From Candidatus Acidiferrum sp. (lineage in GTDB: Bacteria > Acidobacteriota > Terriglobia > Acidiferrales > UBA7541), in contig DATERF010000072.1 of NCBI GenBank assembly GCA_035271845.1, positions 1,878 to 65,877 of the forward strand: a DNA stretch of 64,000 nt. Reading direction: 5' to 3'. Of the stretch, positions 37,585-48,295 are shown one piece after another (position 1 is the stretch's first letter; the number at the start of each line of letters is the position of its first letter). A program made the translations under genes and the position numbers. The notes below the pieces were generated by a model. That model was not told where the DNA came from. It did not search any database and worked only from the letters and a program-made list of their open reading frames with translations.

Positions 37585-40344
37585 ATGGTCCCCCTGAAAT
37601 TTAACTCGGACGATCTTTCCCCCTTGAAGAGAGCAATTCGCATTCTGATGTCGTTGGCGATATGGTGTGCGCTCTGCGGACTGGCTTGTGGCACGGTGGC
37701 ACAGGGCGCAAATCACCACGACGCGAACTATCCGCAACGTAAGAATGTTCTGGTACTGCTTCCTGAAAATCTGGGTTTTGAAGGGCAGATGACGTTTGTC
37801 CAGAACCTGAATGCGGAATTGGAAGTTCCGGAAACAGTCGAACTCTATACGGAGTCGGTTGATTTAGTTCAACTGAAAGATCCGGAAAAGGCACGAGAAC
37901 TTGAAAAAATCTATCGTGCCAAATACAAGGACGTGCGACTCGACCTGATTATCGCGGGCCAATGGCCGCTACTGGATTTTTTGCTGAAACACCAGCGCAC
38001 ATTATTTTCTGGAGTACCAATCGTTTTTGGAATGATTCCGAAAGACGTCGCAGAAGCGACAGTTAGATATCCGGGAGTGACCGGGAGCGTGGCAGCCCTG
38101 AATTTTGAAAAAACGGCCGAAATTGCGTTGGCCCTGCAGCCGGAAACCAATCGGGTGATTCTGGTCTCGGGTGCATCTCCGCGAGACAAATGGCTTGCGT
38201 GGATCGCCAATGAGCAGTTTCGCGAGCTAGCCGGGCGAGTGGAATTCGAGGACTGGGAAGGATTGACGCCGGCGGAGGTAAGAGCGCGATTCAAGAACCT
38301 GAGAGCCACGGACGTCCTGTTTTATTTAACCGAATCTGAAGATGGTGCTGGGCACGCCTATTCGCTGGAACAGTATTTGGACCGCATTGCGCCTTACGCG
38401 CCAGTGCCGATTTACAGTTCGCTGTCTCAGTTGCTGGGCCATGGAGTGATCGGCGGAAATCTTTACGACAACGTCGGAGAAGCGCGAACCATTGCAAACC
38501 AGGCGAGGCAAGTCCTGTCGGGGAAAAATCCGGACGAGATTCCGATTGCCGACGTCAAGATGAATGCGGCGGTTGATTGGAGGCAATTGGCGCGGTGGCA
38601 TATTCCGGTCGGGAGAGTGCCCGTAGGCACAGACATTCAATTCCGCGAGCCGACGCTTTGGGAGAAGCACAAAGTCGGGGTCGTGAGCGTGGCGACGTTC
38701 ATCGTATTAGAAACAGCGTTGATCTTTTGGTTGTGGATTGAAGTTCGCCGAAAGAACGCGGCGCGTCGGATGGTCGAGCGACGATTTGCAACGGAACGGG
38801 TGGTCACGGAATATTCGGAGAAATTCATGCACTGTGACCCGGAAGATCTGGAAGGGCACATCCAGCAAGGGCTAGCAGCGATAAGAAAAGCAAAAGAAGT
38901 GGAGTGGGCGCTGTGGTTCACGGTGGGACCGGGTTCCAACGAAATCGCCAAAAGCTTTCTGGACCGCGCAAAGAGCATTCCGGAGGATGCAGCGCTAGAA
39001 CTGGGAGGGCACACGCCTTGGCTGATGGAGCAAATGGAGGCGGGGCAAACGGTCGCGATCTCCAGTTGGCGCCAAATGCCCGCGCAGGCGCTCGGCGACC
39101 AGCAGTACCTGAAATCCCTCGGCGTAGGATCTATCCTGCTGATTCCTTCCAACGGGGATACGAAGAGTGTTCTGGTGTTGGCCAGTCGCGAAGCAGGAAA
39201 AGCGTGGACTCGTGCGCTGGTGGCGCGGCTGAGGACAATGGGGAATCTGTTCGGAACGGCATTGCATCGTCGACGGGCTGAAGTCGAGCTGAGGGAAAAG
39301 AAGGAATGGTTGGAGATGGCGCTGGAGGCATCCAGAACGGCACTCTGGGACCTGGATCTACTGACAGGAAAGGTGCGCTGGTCCCAAGGACATGATTCGC
39401 TGCTGGGGAAGACTCCGGTGGAACTGGAATTGTCCTGGGAGAAATTTCTGGAACGTGTCCCTGAAGAGGATCGGGACGATTTGTACCGCCGCACACTTGC
39501 GACCTTAGAGGATCAGACGGGAAACGACGATGTCGTGACCGAGTGGCGATACCACGAGCCTGGCGGGGGTGAGCGCTGGGTGTTATTCCGGGGAAGGGTG
39601 TACCGCGACCCGCAGGGAAGTCCGCTGCGCCTGCGAGGGGTGAATGTGGACATTACGGAACTGAAGCAGGCGAAGTCTGAATTGGTGGAATTAACCGAGC
39701 GCCTGATTCAAGCCCAGGAAAGCGAGCGTCAGCGGCTCGCGCGAGAGCTTCATGACGATATCGGCCAGAGACTTTCGCTGCTGATTATTGGATTGGACCG
39801 ATTGAGGCATGGCTTGCCGATGGGTTTACGTGGGCCGAGGGAAGAATTGGACACTTCGCTGGAAGAAGCTAGCCAACTTGCAACGGACATTCACGGGCTA
39901 TCTCACCAATTACACTCTTCGAAATTGAAACACCTTGGGCTAAAGGCCGCGTTGAGGGAATTGTGCGCGCAGGTGTCCCGCCAACATGGCGTGGAAGTGA
40001 ACCTGGCGGCAGAAACGATTCCTGGAGACCTTTCGGAGGAACGGGCGCTGTGTTTGTACCGTGTGGCTCAGGAAGCATTGAACAATGCGGTGAAGCATAG
40101 CGGATCGCCGAGCATAGAACTGGAACTCGTGCCTGTAGTGAACATGCTGCAGTTGAGAGTAAAGGATCATGGCCTGGGATTTGATGTAAATCACTATGCG
40201 GCTGGCGTGGGACTGGCGAGTATGCGAGAGCGAATTCGCATGGCAGGGGGAAAACTGCATATTTTGTCCAAGCCGGGAGAGGGTACGGAGATCATCACGG
40301 AAATAGCCATGGAACAATTGGCGAAGCACGCCGCGGCGCAGTGA
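37585..40344 (+). CDS. Sensor histidine kinase (periplasmic binding-protein-like sensor, GAF, PAS, HisKA_3, HATPase)
   Basis: QESERQRLARELHDDIGQ H-box, QEALNNAVKHS, DHGLGF, GLASMRER; PAS segment WDLDLLTGKVRWS. Start uncertain (37504/37585/37648). Confidence 0.9.
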   Translation: MVPLKFNSDDLSPLKRAIRILMSLAIWCALCGLACGTVAQGANHHDANYPQRKNVLVLLPENLGFEGQMTFVQNLNAELEVPETVELYTESVDLVQLKDPEKARELEKIYRAKYKDVRLDLIIAGQWPLLDFLLKHQRTLFSGVPIVFGMIPKDVAEATVRYPGVTGSVAALNFEKTAEIALALQPETNRVILVSGASPRDKWLAWIANEQFRELAGRVEFEDWEGLTPAEVRARFKNLRATDVLFYLTESEDGAGHAYSLEQYLDRIAPYAPVPIYSSLSQLLGHGVIGGNLYDNVGEARTIANQARQVLSGKNPDEIPIADVKMNAAVDWRQLARWHIPVGRVPVGTDIQFREPTLWEKHKVGVVSVATFIVLETALIFWLWIEVRRKNAARRMVERRFATERVVTEYSEKFMHCDPEDLEGHIQQGLAAIRKAKEVEWALWFTVGPGSNEIAKSFLDRAKSIPEDAALELGGHTPWLMEQMEAGQTVAISSWRQMPAQALGDQQYLKSLGVGSILLIPSNGDTKSVLVLASREAGKAWTRALVARLRTMGNLFGTALHRRRAEVELREKKEWLEMALEASRTALWDLDLLTGKVRWSQGHDSLLGKTPVELELSWEKFLERVPEEDRDDLYRRTLATLEDQTGNDDVVTEWRYHEPGGGERWVLFRGRVYRDPQGSPLRLRGVNVDITELKQAKSELVELTERLIQAQESERQRLARELHDDIGQRLSLLIIGLDRLRHGLPMGLRGPREELDTSLEEASQLATDIHGLSHQLHSSKLKHLGLKAALRELCAQVSRQHGVEVNLAAETIPGDLSEERALCLYRVAQEALNNAVKHSGSPSIELELVPVVNMLQLRVKDHGLGFDVNHYAAGVGLASMRERIRMAGGKLHILSKPGEGTEIITEIAMEQLAKHAAAQ

Positions 40345-40365
40345 AGAAACTACGGGCGGCCAGGC

Positions 40366-41004
40366 TCAGCCTTGATTCACGAGTTTCTGTTTCATAGCAA
40401 AGCGCAGAAGTTCTGAATTATTCTCCAAGCCAAATTCCTGCATGATGCGGTACTTGTGAAAAGCAACCGTGCGCGTAGCCACATTAAGTATTGCCGCGGC
40501 TTCCTTCATGGTATGCCCTTCGGCAAGGAGTTGCAGAACTTCGCGCTGACGAGGCGTGAGCGTTCGAACCGATTCCGAGCGCGAATCTCGCGAGACGATT
40601 TCCGCGATGGCCTCCTGGAGTGCCGGGGTCACGTACTTGCCACCGCGCAAAACGTCCCGAACAGCCTTTAGCAACTCGCTTCCGGCGGATTTCTTGAGCA
40701 GGTAGCCGGAAGCCCATTTGTCCATGGTTTCGGCGGCGATCTCTGGATCTTCGTTCATGGTAAGAACGATGATCTTAACCGCGGGCAAGACTTGCTTAAG
40801 CTGCTCGCCGGCGTCGAGGCCGTTCAAGAGCGGCATGTTGAGATCGACCAGGACTAAGTCCGGTTTAAGCTGTGGGGCGAGTCGCAGCAGCGCGCGGCCA
40901 TCGGCAACCGTCCCCACGACTTCACATTCGGGTTCAAGTAGACGCTTGAACGCTTCGGCGACAAGCGTGTGATCATCCGCAATCAGAACACGTGCCCTGG
41001 CCAC
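40366..41004 (-). CDS. NarL/FixJ family response regulator (REC + LuxR HTH)
   Basis: VLIADDH, VDLNMP, LTPRQREVLQLLAEG...TVAFHK. GTG 41004 follows GGAGG (alternative start 41016). Confidence 0.93.
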   Translation of the reverse strand: MARARVLIADDHTLVAEAFKRLLEPECEVVGTVADGRALLRLAPQLKPDLVLVDLNMPLLNGLDAGEQLKQVLPAVKIIVLTMNEDPEIAAETMDKWASGYLLKKSAGSELLKAVRDVLRGGKYVTPALQEAIAEIVSRDSRSESVRTLTPRQREVLQLLAEGHTMKEAAAILNVATRTVAFHKYRIMQEFGLENNSELLRFAMKQKLVNQG

Positions 41005-41597
41005 TATGGCCTCCACCCCAACACTGCTTGAATCCTATTGAAATGCGATGAAAATAGAAAGTGGGGCAATAGGAGGGCATACTACGAGCGCTGTCCCTCA
41101 TGCAGTCCCGGCTCTTCGTCAGATTTTGTAGGAGAAAAGGAAAATGTGTCAACCGTCGAGCAACCCAACCGGCCTAGAAATTCTCCGCCCAAGAACTTCT
41201 AGATGCACTCCGCCCCGTTAACAAAACGAAACGATCCTGCGAACCATCTGGGCTGCTCGAAAGTGGGCACAGTGTTCCTCGTTATGGCCAGCCATGCAGG
41301 GAAAACGTCTGTACGTCCCCACGTTTCGTACCCAAGAGGATGAAACAAGAGGAGGAGTCTGGGAACTGTCAATTTTTACAGTTCTTTCAGGTAGCTTTTT
41401 TCCGTCAGGACGGCTAATCACCAAGGGTACTGGAACTCTACATCGCCACAGGTGCGTTTTGATGCATCCGTCGGAAGAACCAAGGGAAATCGTCATTCTA
41501 GAGAAAAAACTGTCACTTCTGGCAGTTGCTCGAGCTGCATTGAATCGGTTAAATATCGGATTACTGGGATATTCCGCGAAGGTGACTGGAGTGCGAA

Positions 41598-41993
41598 ATG
41601 GGGGCCCGCCCGCGTATACTGCTGGCTGACGATCATGTCGGAATGCTCGTGAACGCCTCGGACATCCTGCGAGGCCAGTTTGAGATTGTGGGAACCGTGA
41701 CCGACGGGAGGGCCGCGGTGAAGGCAGCATGCGAGTTGAAGCCCGACCTGGTGGTCTTGGACATTGGGATGCCGGAATTGGACGGGCTCGACGCCGCAAA
41801 GGAACTGAGGCGCCGTGGCTCCGAGGTTAAAGTGGTGTTCTTGACTGTTCAGGAGGACCAAGACTATGTTGCCGCGGCTTTGGATTGTGGCGGACTAGCA
41901 TATGTCTTGAAGTCGCGCATGTACTCCGACCTTGCCAACGCCATTGCTGCCGCTCTTTCCGGAGGAGTCTTCATCTCTCCACGAGCGATTTGA
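41598..41993 (+). CDS. Stand-alone response regulator receiver (NarL-type REC without HTH)
   Basis: ILLADDH, LDIGMP, VVFLT, YVLKS; ends at FISPRAI before any HTH. Confidence 0.85.
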   Translation: MGARPRILLADDHVGMLVNASDILRGQFEIVGTVTDGRAAVKAACELKPDLVVLDIGMPELDGLDAAKELRRRGSEVKVVFLTVQEDQDYVAAALDCGGLAYVLKSRMYSDLANAIAAALSGGVFISPRAI

Positions 41994-42081
41994 TTCCGCC
42001 TCCACGAATTTCCATCGAACAATGTTTCTGCGAGCCGCGCCTTCACAGTTATACTTGGCGCATAGGAGCTGACCTCGGCCG

Positions 42082-43254
42082 GTGCCTGCGCAGAAAACCA
42101 ATCTAACCGCTCGCGATCTCCATGCAAAATTTTTTCGGCTTTACGGAACTCAGCCTGAGTGCATCCAGGCACCGGGGCGCGTGAACCTGATCGGCGAACA
42201 TACCGATTACAATGATGGATTTGTCCTGCCTGCTGCCATTCAATTCCATACCACCATAGCCATCGCGCCGCGGCCGGATCAGCAACTGGTCGTCTTCTCA
42301 GAGAATTACTCCGAACAAGTGGAACTGGACCTGCAACAGTTGCCAGCCGAGCCGCGCCGGCATTGGATTGATTATGTGGTGGGGGTGGCGAGCAAATTGG
42401 CGGAACGGGGGATTCGTGTGCGGGGAGCGAGCCTGTTGATCGATGGTGACGTGCCGCAAGGCGCCGGCTTAAGTTCATCGGCTTCTCTGGAAGTCGCGGT
42501 GTGCCAGGCGCTTCTAGAGATGGCGCAAGAGACAATGGAGGGGGCGCAAATGGCGCTGCTGTGCCAACGCGCTGAAAATGAATTTGTGGGAGCACGCTGC
42601 GGGATCATGGATCAGTTTGTTTCCGTTCATGGGCAGAAAGATCACGCGCTACTTCTGGATTGCCGGTCGCTGGCATATCGCCATCAACCTATTCCTGAAG
42701 AGGTGCGGTTGGTGATCTGCAATACAATGGTGCGGCACCGTCTGGCGGGAGGAGAATACAACCAACGGCGTCGCGAGTGTGAGCTGGCGGCGCAGTCTTT
42801 TTCGAGGCTTGTGCCGGGCGTCACGGCTTTGCGCGATGTTTCCATGGAGCAGTTCGAAAAGTATGGCACGGCTCTGCCAGAGATTGTTCGGAAGCGGTGT
42901 AGACACGTGATAACAGAGAACGCAAGAGTAATCGAGGCGGCTGAGGCGCTGACCCGGCAAGACCTGCCGCAATTTGGCCAACTGATGAAGGAATCGCACA
43001 TCAGTTTGCGGGACGATTTTGAAGTGAGCTGTCGGGAGTTGGATACGATGGTCGAACTTGCCGATCAGATTGATGGTGTGTATGGAGCACGCATGACGGG
43101 CGGGGGGTTCGGAGGCTGCACAATTAATCTTGTAAGGAGCGACAGAGTGGACGCATTCGAAGTTCAAGTGACCGAGGGTTACGAGAAAGCGGTCGGAGCG
43201 CGACCCGAGATATATGTGTGCACTGCAGCTGACGGAGTGAGGCTGCTGGCATGA
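42082..43254 (+). CDS. galK: Galactokinase
   Basis: APGRVNLIGEHTDYN, GAGLSSSA, CGIMDQ, GARMTGGGFGG. Confidence 0.97.
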   Translation: MPAQKTNLTARDLHAKFFRLYGTQPECIQAPGRVNLIGEHTDYNDGFVLPAAIQFHTTIAIAPRPDQQLVVFSENYSEQVELDLQQLPAEPRRHWIDYVVGVASKLAERGIRVRGASLLIDGDVPQGAGLSSSASLEVAVCQALLEMAQETMEGAQMALLCQRAENEFVGARCGIMDQFVSVHGQKDHALLLDCRSLAYRHQPIPEEVRLVICNTMVRHRLAGGEYNQRRRECELAAQSFSRLVPGVTALRDVSMEQFEKYGTALPEIVRKRCRHVITENARVIEAAEALTRQDLPQFGQLMKESHISLRDDFEVSCRELDTMVELADQIDGVYGARMTGGGFGGCTINLVRSDRVDAFEVQVTEGYEKAVGARPEIYVCTAADGVRLLA

Positions 43255-43312
43255 ATGCAGCCATGTGCGGCTTCTCAACACGACCGTCCGCGGTGGGGCG
43301 GGTGTTTTTGTC

Positions 43313-44299
43313 ATGAAGCTCCTGGTTACCGGCGGGGCGGGGTACATCGGCAGCGTGGTGGCCGAGCAACTTCTGGAAGCCGGGCATCAGGTGACGGTTA
43401 TCGATAATCTCAGCCGGGGACATCGCCAAGCGGTGCCGCAGGGAGCGGAGTTGGTTGTTGGCGATTTGGCTGAAAATGAAAAACTGGCCGCACTGTTTCG
43501 GGGCCATCAATTTGATGCAGTGCTGCATTTCGCTGCTTTTATCGAAGCCGGCGAATCCATGAAGTTCCCCGAGACATTTTTCCGGAACAACACCGCAAAT
43601 GCGCTGGCAGTACTGGAAGCGATGCTCTCTGCAGGCGTAAATCGCTTTGTGTTTTCGTCGACTGCTGCCCTCTACGGCAACCCGACGCGGTCGCCGATTC
43701 AGGAAGAGGATGCGCTACAGCCCACAAATGCGTATGGAGAATCAAAGTTGCTGGTAGAACGAATGCTGGAATGGTTCCACCGGATTCACGGCCTACACTA
43801 TGCGAGCTTGCGGTATTTCAATGCCGCTGGAGCGGTGTCGGCCGATCGCGGGGAAGCCCACCAGCCAGAGTCACATCTAGTTCCCCGCTTGATGAATGTG
43901 GCGTTGGGACGGCAAAAGCAAATCGAAATCTTTGGAACGGATTATCCAACAGCAGACGGCACCTGCGTGCGAGACTATATCCACGTCAGCGACTTGGCTG
44001 CGGCGCATCTGCTCGCTCTCGACGCGCTCGATCGCTCCGGCCAATTGGTCTACAACCTTGGGAATGGTCAAGGGTTTACGGTGCGCCAAGTGATTGAAGG
44101 GGTGTGCCGGGTGACCGGACGTGCCATCCCGGTTGTGGAATCGCCGCGTCGCCAAGGTGATCCGGCAGTGTTAATCGCCAGCTCAGAAAAAATTCGAAGA
44201 GAACTAAACTGGAAGCCGAAATTTCCCGATTTGGACGAGATTCTAGATAGCGCATGGCTTTGGCATAAGAACCATCCCGACGGTTATAGCACGAGCTAG
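43313..44299 (+). CDS. galE: UDP-glucose 4-epimerase
   Basis: TGGAGYIGS, FSSTAA, YGESK, LRYFNAAG, DGTCVRDYIHV. Confidence 0.97.
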   Translation: MKLLVTGGAGYIGSVVAEQLLEAGHQVTVIDNLSRGHRQAVPQGAELVVGDLAENEKLAALFRGHQFDAVLHFAAFIEAGESMKFPETFFRNNTANALAVLEAMLSAGVNRFVFSSTAALYGNPTRSPIQEEDALQPTNAYGESKLLVERMLEWFHRIHGLHYASLRYFNAAGAVSADRGEAHQPESHLVPRLMNVALGRQKQIEIFGTDYPTADGTCVRDYIHVSDLAAAHLLALDALDRSGQLVYNLGNGQGFTVRQVIEGVCRVTGRAIPVVESPRRQGDPAVLIASSEKIRRELNWKPKFPDLDEILDSAWLWHKNHPDGYSTS

Positions 44300-44334
44300 G
44301 CTGCAAAGTTGCCGCGATAGGAGCGGCCAATCCG

Positions 44335-45384
44335 ATGGGCCAGTTCGAATTGGGGATCCACCCACACCGGCGATTTAATCCACTAAGGCGAGAGTGGGTG
44401 CTGGTCTCGCCGCATCGCACGCAACGGCCGTGGCAAGGCCAAGTCGAACCCACACCCTCAGAAACTTCTCTGTCGTTCGATCCTCATTGTTATCTTTGCC
44501 CCGGGAATGAACGTGCGGGCGGGGCGAGGAATCCTCAGTACACGAGCACGTTCGTGTTCGACAACGATTTTGCCGCGCTACGCCCGGACACGCCCCCTGG
44601 GGACTTACGGGAAGGGGAATTGCTGCGAGCGCAGAGTGAAGCGGGACGGTGCCGTGTGGTGTGCTTTTCGCCGCAGCACGATCTGACGCTGGCGCGCATG
44701 AGCGTCGACGAGATTAAGGCGGTGGTCGACACGTGGTGCGAAGAATCTTCGCAACTGGCTGAGCAACCGAACATGCGCAGCGTACAGATTTTTGAGAATC
44801 GCGGCGCCATGATGGGCTGCAGTAACCCGCATCCCCACTGCCAAATCTGGGCAAATGAAAATGTGCCGGATGATCTGGCGCGAGAAGTGTGTACTCAGCA
44901 AGAGTATTTTCAACAGCACAATTCCAGCCTTCTGGAGGATTATCGGGTGCTGGAATTGGAGAAACAGGAGCGCCTCGTTTGCGCCAACGAATATTTCGCA
45001 ATCGTTGTTCCGTTCTGGGCGATCTGGCCGTACGAAACCTTAGTCATCAGCCAGCGACGCGTGGGCAGCTTGCCGGAATTGGACGAAGCGGAACGTGAAG
45101 GGCTGGCACAAATCCTGCGCGAGGTCACTATCCGCTACGACAATCTTTTCAAAACGTCGTTCCCCTACACCATGGGCTTTCACCAGCGGCCTACAGACGG
45201 CAAGCCTTATCCGGGGTTTCACCTGCACGCGCACTTTTATCCGCCGCTGCTACGCTCCGCGACCGTTAAAAAGTTCATGGTGGGATACGAATTGCTGGCC
45301 ATGCCGCAACGAGATATTTCTCCGGAGTTGGCGGCCAAGCATTTGCGGGATGTGCCGAACACGCATTACCTCGACGTGCGATAG
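44335..45384 (+). CDS. galT: Galactose-1-phosphate uridylyltransferase
   Basis: HRRFNPL, RPWQG, CYLCPG, MGCSNPHPHCQ active site, KFMVGYE. Confidence 0.97.
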   Translation: MGQFELGIHPHRRFNPLRREWVLVSPHRTQRPWQGQVEPTPSETSLSFDPHCYLCPGNERAGGARNPQYTSTFVFDNDFAALRPDTPPGDLREGELLRAQSEAGRCRVVCFSPQHDLTLARMSVDEIKAVVDTWCEESSQLAEQPNMRSVQIFENRGAMMGCSNPHPHCQIWANENVPDDLAREVCTQQEYFQQHNSSLLEDYRVLELEKQERLVCANEYFAIVVPFWAIWPYETLVISQRRVGSLPELDEAEREGLAQILREVTIRYDNLFKTSFPYTMGFHQRPTDGKPYPGFHLHAHFYPPLLRSATVKKFMVGYELLAMPQRDISPELAAKHLRDVPNTHYLDVR

Positions 45385-45433
45385 GGTTCAGTCGGGACGG
45401 GCGCAGATCTTGGACACTGGAAAGGTAGAAAAA

Positions 45434-46816
45434 ATGAGGATTAACGCCTACCTGATGCGGAGCACGGTAGTGGCGGCGCTCGGCGGCCTACTTTTCGGGT
45501 TTGATACCGCCGTGATCTCCGGCACCACCAGCAATCTGGTTAAGGTTTACACGCTGCCGCCTTTGCTCTTCGGGCTCGTTCAAATGCTGCATACCTCGGA
45601 AGCATCGTTGCTTCTCGGCATTACGGTGTCTTCGGCCCTGGTCGGAACTATTCTCGGCGCAATGTTCGCCGGCATTCCCGGGGACGCATTCGGCCGGCGC
45701 GACAGCCTGCGGATCATGGCGGTGCTCTACATTGTTTCTTCGTTGGGTTGCGCGTTCGCCTGGAACTGGCCGGCCCTGGTCTTCTTTCGGTTTATTGGGG
45801 GCCTGGGGATTGGTGGATCATCGGTGCTGGGACCGATGTATATTGCGGAGATTGCACCGGCAAACTGGCGCGGCCGGCTGGTCGGAGTGTTTCAGTTCAA
45901 CGTCGTTACAGGTATCCTGCTGGCTTATCTATCCAATTTTCTGGTGGGTTTGGGACATTTTTCGATCGATGCGGAATGGCGCTGGAAGCTGGGCGTTGCG
46001 GCGGCGCCGGCAGCGCTGTTTTTGGCCCTACTGTTTACAATTCCACGCAGCCCGCGTTGGCTAGTGAAAAAACAGCGAGTCGCCGAGGCGCGCGAGGTGT
46101 TGCGCGAGACCGGGGAGCAGAACTACGAACAGGAGTTGCAGGAGATTGTTACTTCGATCGATGCAGAGCATGGACACGCCGATGAGCCACTGTTCCAGCG
46201 TAAATATAGCTTCCCCATCTTTCTGGCGATCGCCGTGGGCATGTTTAACCAACTCTCGGGGATCAACGCCGTCCTTTATTATCTGAACGATATTTTTGCG
46301 TTCGCCGGCTTCAGCAAGGTGTCCGGCGACCTGCAGGCGGTTGCGGTGGGATTCACGAACCTGCTGTTTACAGTGATCGCCATGTCGGTGATCGACAAGC
46401 TTGGACGCAAAAAGTTGCTTTTGGTGGGAGCGGTGGGGACTGCAGCATGCCTTGCCGGGGTGGCAGCGATTTTCTCCATGAAGCGGCATCAGGATCTGCT
46501 GGTTTGGCTACTGGTGGGCTTCATCGCGAGTTTTGCATTCTCGCAGGGCGCAGTGATTTGGGTTTACCTGAGTGAGGTCTTTCCCAACCGCGTGCGCGCG
46601 AAAGGGCAGAGCCTGGGCAGCCTGACGCACTGGCTGATGAATGCAGCCATTTCGTTTGCGTTCCCGACCCTGGCGGCGTGGTCGAGGTCGATCCCCTTCA
46701 TGTTCTTCTCGGCGATGATGGTGTTGCAATTCGTGGTGGTCCTGTTGGCCTTCCCTGAAACCAAGGGACTGTCGTTAGAGGAAATGCAGCGCCGCCTGGA
46801 GAAGGCTCCAGCTTGA
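45434..46816 (+). CDS. Sugar porter family MFS transporter
   Basis: GGLLFGFDTAVISG, DAFGRR, MYIAEIAP..RG, PRSPRWL, QLSGIN, PETKG. Confidence 0.95.
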   Translation: MRINAYLMRSTVVAALGGLLFGFDTAVISGTTSNLVKVYTLPPLLFGLVQMLHTSEASLLLGITVSSALVGTILGAMFAGIPGDAFGRRDSLRIMAVLYIVSSLGCAFAWNWPALVFFRFIGGLGIGGSSVLGPMYIAEIAPANWRGRLVGVFQFNVVTGILLAYLSNFLVGLGHFSIDAEWRWKLGVAAAPAALFLALLFTIPRSPRWLVKKQRVAEAREVLRETGEQNYEQELQEIVTSIDAEHGHADEPLFQRKYSFPIFLAIAVGMFNQLSGINAVLYYLNDIFAFAGFSKVSGDLQAVAVGFTNLLFTVIAMSVIDKLGRKKLLLVGAVGTAACLAGVAAIFSMKRHQDLLVWLLVGFIASFAFSQGAVIWVYLSEVFPNRVRAKGQSLGSLTHWLMNAAISFAFPTLAAWSRSIPFMFFSAMMVLQFVVVLLAFPETKGLSLEEMQRRLEKAPA

Positions 46817-46993
46817 CAGCCTTAATCCCCTAGATGTGTGTAAGAATTACCAACCAAGTCCGTTGACAAAAAGCTTTATCCCTCCTATCGAAAGATTTGT
46901 AACTTGTTCCCGGATTCCGCGTTGACCAGGTTGACGCGCGAACCTAAACTCCAAATTAAGTGCTGATTGCTTGAGTCAGGAAGGGTCAGGCCC

Positions 46994-47491
46994 ATGTATC
47001 GATTTGCGTTGGCGGCTTTGTGTTTTTTGTGTGGATTCATACTTAAGGTTCAGGCGCAGAATACCAGCGTCGAACCGATATGTGTCGCTGCGGGGACAAT
47101 TCTAACGTTTCACCTGCAGACTCGTCTGAACCCAACGGGTGGAAACGAGACGGACATTCTGCCGAGGGGCACGGTTCTGAAAGTGAAAATGCTGGATGCG
47201 ATCGATTCCGGGATAGACCGCGATGGCTCAGCATTTCGAGGTGAAGTTGTGTCGCCGGTGGTTTCCGGAAACGAAGTCGTTGTCCATGCCGACTCTGAAG
47301 TTACCGGCTTGCTCGCGCTGCTGAGAAGCAGAAACCATCCCGAGGGATTTCGCTACGAACTGCTCATAACTAAGGTCAGCGACCATGGAAAGTCGTATGA
47401 CCTCACTGCTTCTCTGAATCCATCCTTCGCGGATGTTGGGACGGAACACGCCGCGGGCGGCAAGTCAGAAGGATCGAACGGCTTGAAGTAG
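46994..47491 (+). CDS. Secreted hypothetical protein (TrbI/VirB10-like beta segment)
   Basis: Signal peptide; LPRGTVLKVKMLDAIDS...FRGEVVSPV...VV pattern. Confidence 0.6.
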   Translation: MYRFALAALCFLCGFILKVQAQNTSVEPICVAAGTILTFHLQTRLNPTGGNETDILPRGTVLKVKMLDAIDSGIDRDGSAFRGEVVSPVVSGNEVVVHADSEVTGLLALLRSRNHPEGFRYELLITKVSDHGKSYDLTASLNPSFADVGTEHAAGGKSEGSNGLK

Positions 47492-47603
47492 GGCCGTACC
47501 GGTTCAACACTCGTACCCAGCCCCATAAACACAAGTCTGCAAAAAGTTGGCCCTCCACAGCGGCGCTGTGAAGGGCCCAATTTGCAGTGACTGCAATTCT
47601 CGA

Positions 47604-47996
47604 TTAGGAAGCGGAAGAAGAAACACGTACGCTGATGGCGACGTTGTTGCCGTTGTCTTGGCGGTAAGTTACATCAGCATTGGCACCGACCTTGAGCTTG
47701 CCTTCGACGGTGGTGTTCTGATCAATCATGAAGGTCATGGATTTCGGAGAAGTCTGCTGCATTTGACTTCCCGGATTGGAAGTGGTTGATCCGAGAGTAA
47801 GGGTGAAGGTGTTCCGACCCACGGAGGCAATTGTCCCAGAGACCGATTGAGCCTGCGGAGAGTCCTGCTGAGCTGTCGCGGTCAGCAGAAAGGGGTGAGC
47901 CGGAGTTGCGTGTGCCGGCCATACCATTGTAACCAAAAGTGCCATGAGCCCTAGACTGCAAATACCGTGAAAAGCCATTCGAATTTTCCCGTTCAT
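47604..47996 (-). CDS. Secreted hypothetical protein with a small OB-like beta domain (DUF5666-like)
   Basis: Signal peptide; SVSGTIASV..NTFTL...TFMIDQNTTVEGKLKVGANADVTY...A..V; GAGGAGG RBS. Confidence 0.65.
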   Translation of the reverse strand: MNGKIRMAFHGICSLGLMALLVTMVWPAHATPAHPFLLTATAQQDSPQAQSVSGTIASVGRNTFTLTLGSTTSNPGSQMQQTSPKSMTFMIDQNTTVEGKLKVGANADVTYRQDNGNNVAISVRVSSSAS

Positions 47997-48295
47997 ATTT
48001 GTTTGACGCCTCCTCAAAATTTTCGCGACTGGTAGCAATCTTCATTGCAGGTGAAGCACCAGAACAATTCTTGAATCGAAATATTTGCATCCAGCGTTGG
48101 AGGCTGAACTTACAGCATCTTTCATAAGCTTCTCAAAAATTTTGCCAAAGTACTGGAACGAGAAATCTCTTCACGATCGAGTCCAATATTCCCAGTGACA
48201 GAATTATCTGGGCACTTAGGAGAGCGGAGACAATTCGCACACAACTTCACCCGATGATCGCATCGAAATCGCAATCTCGAACGAGCGCGGTCGAA

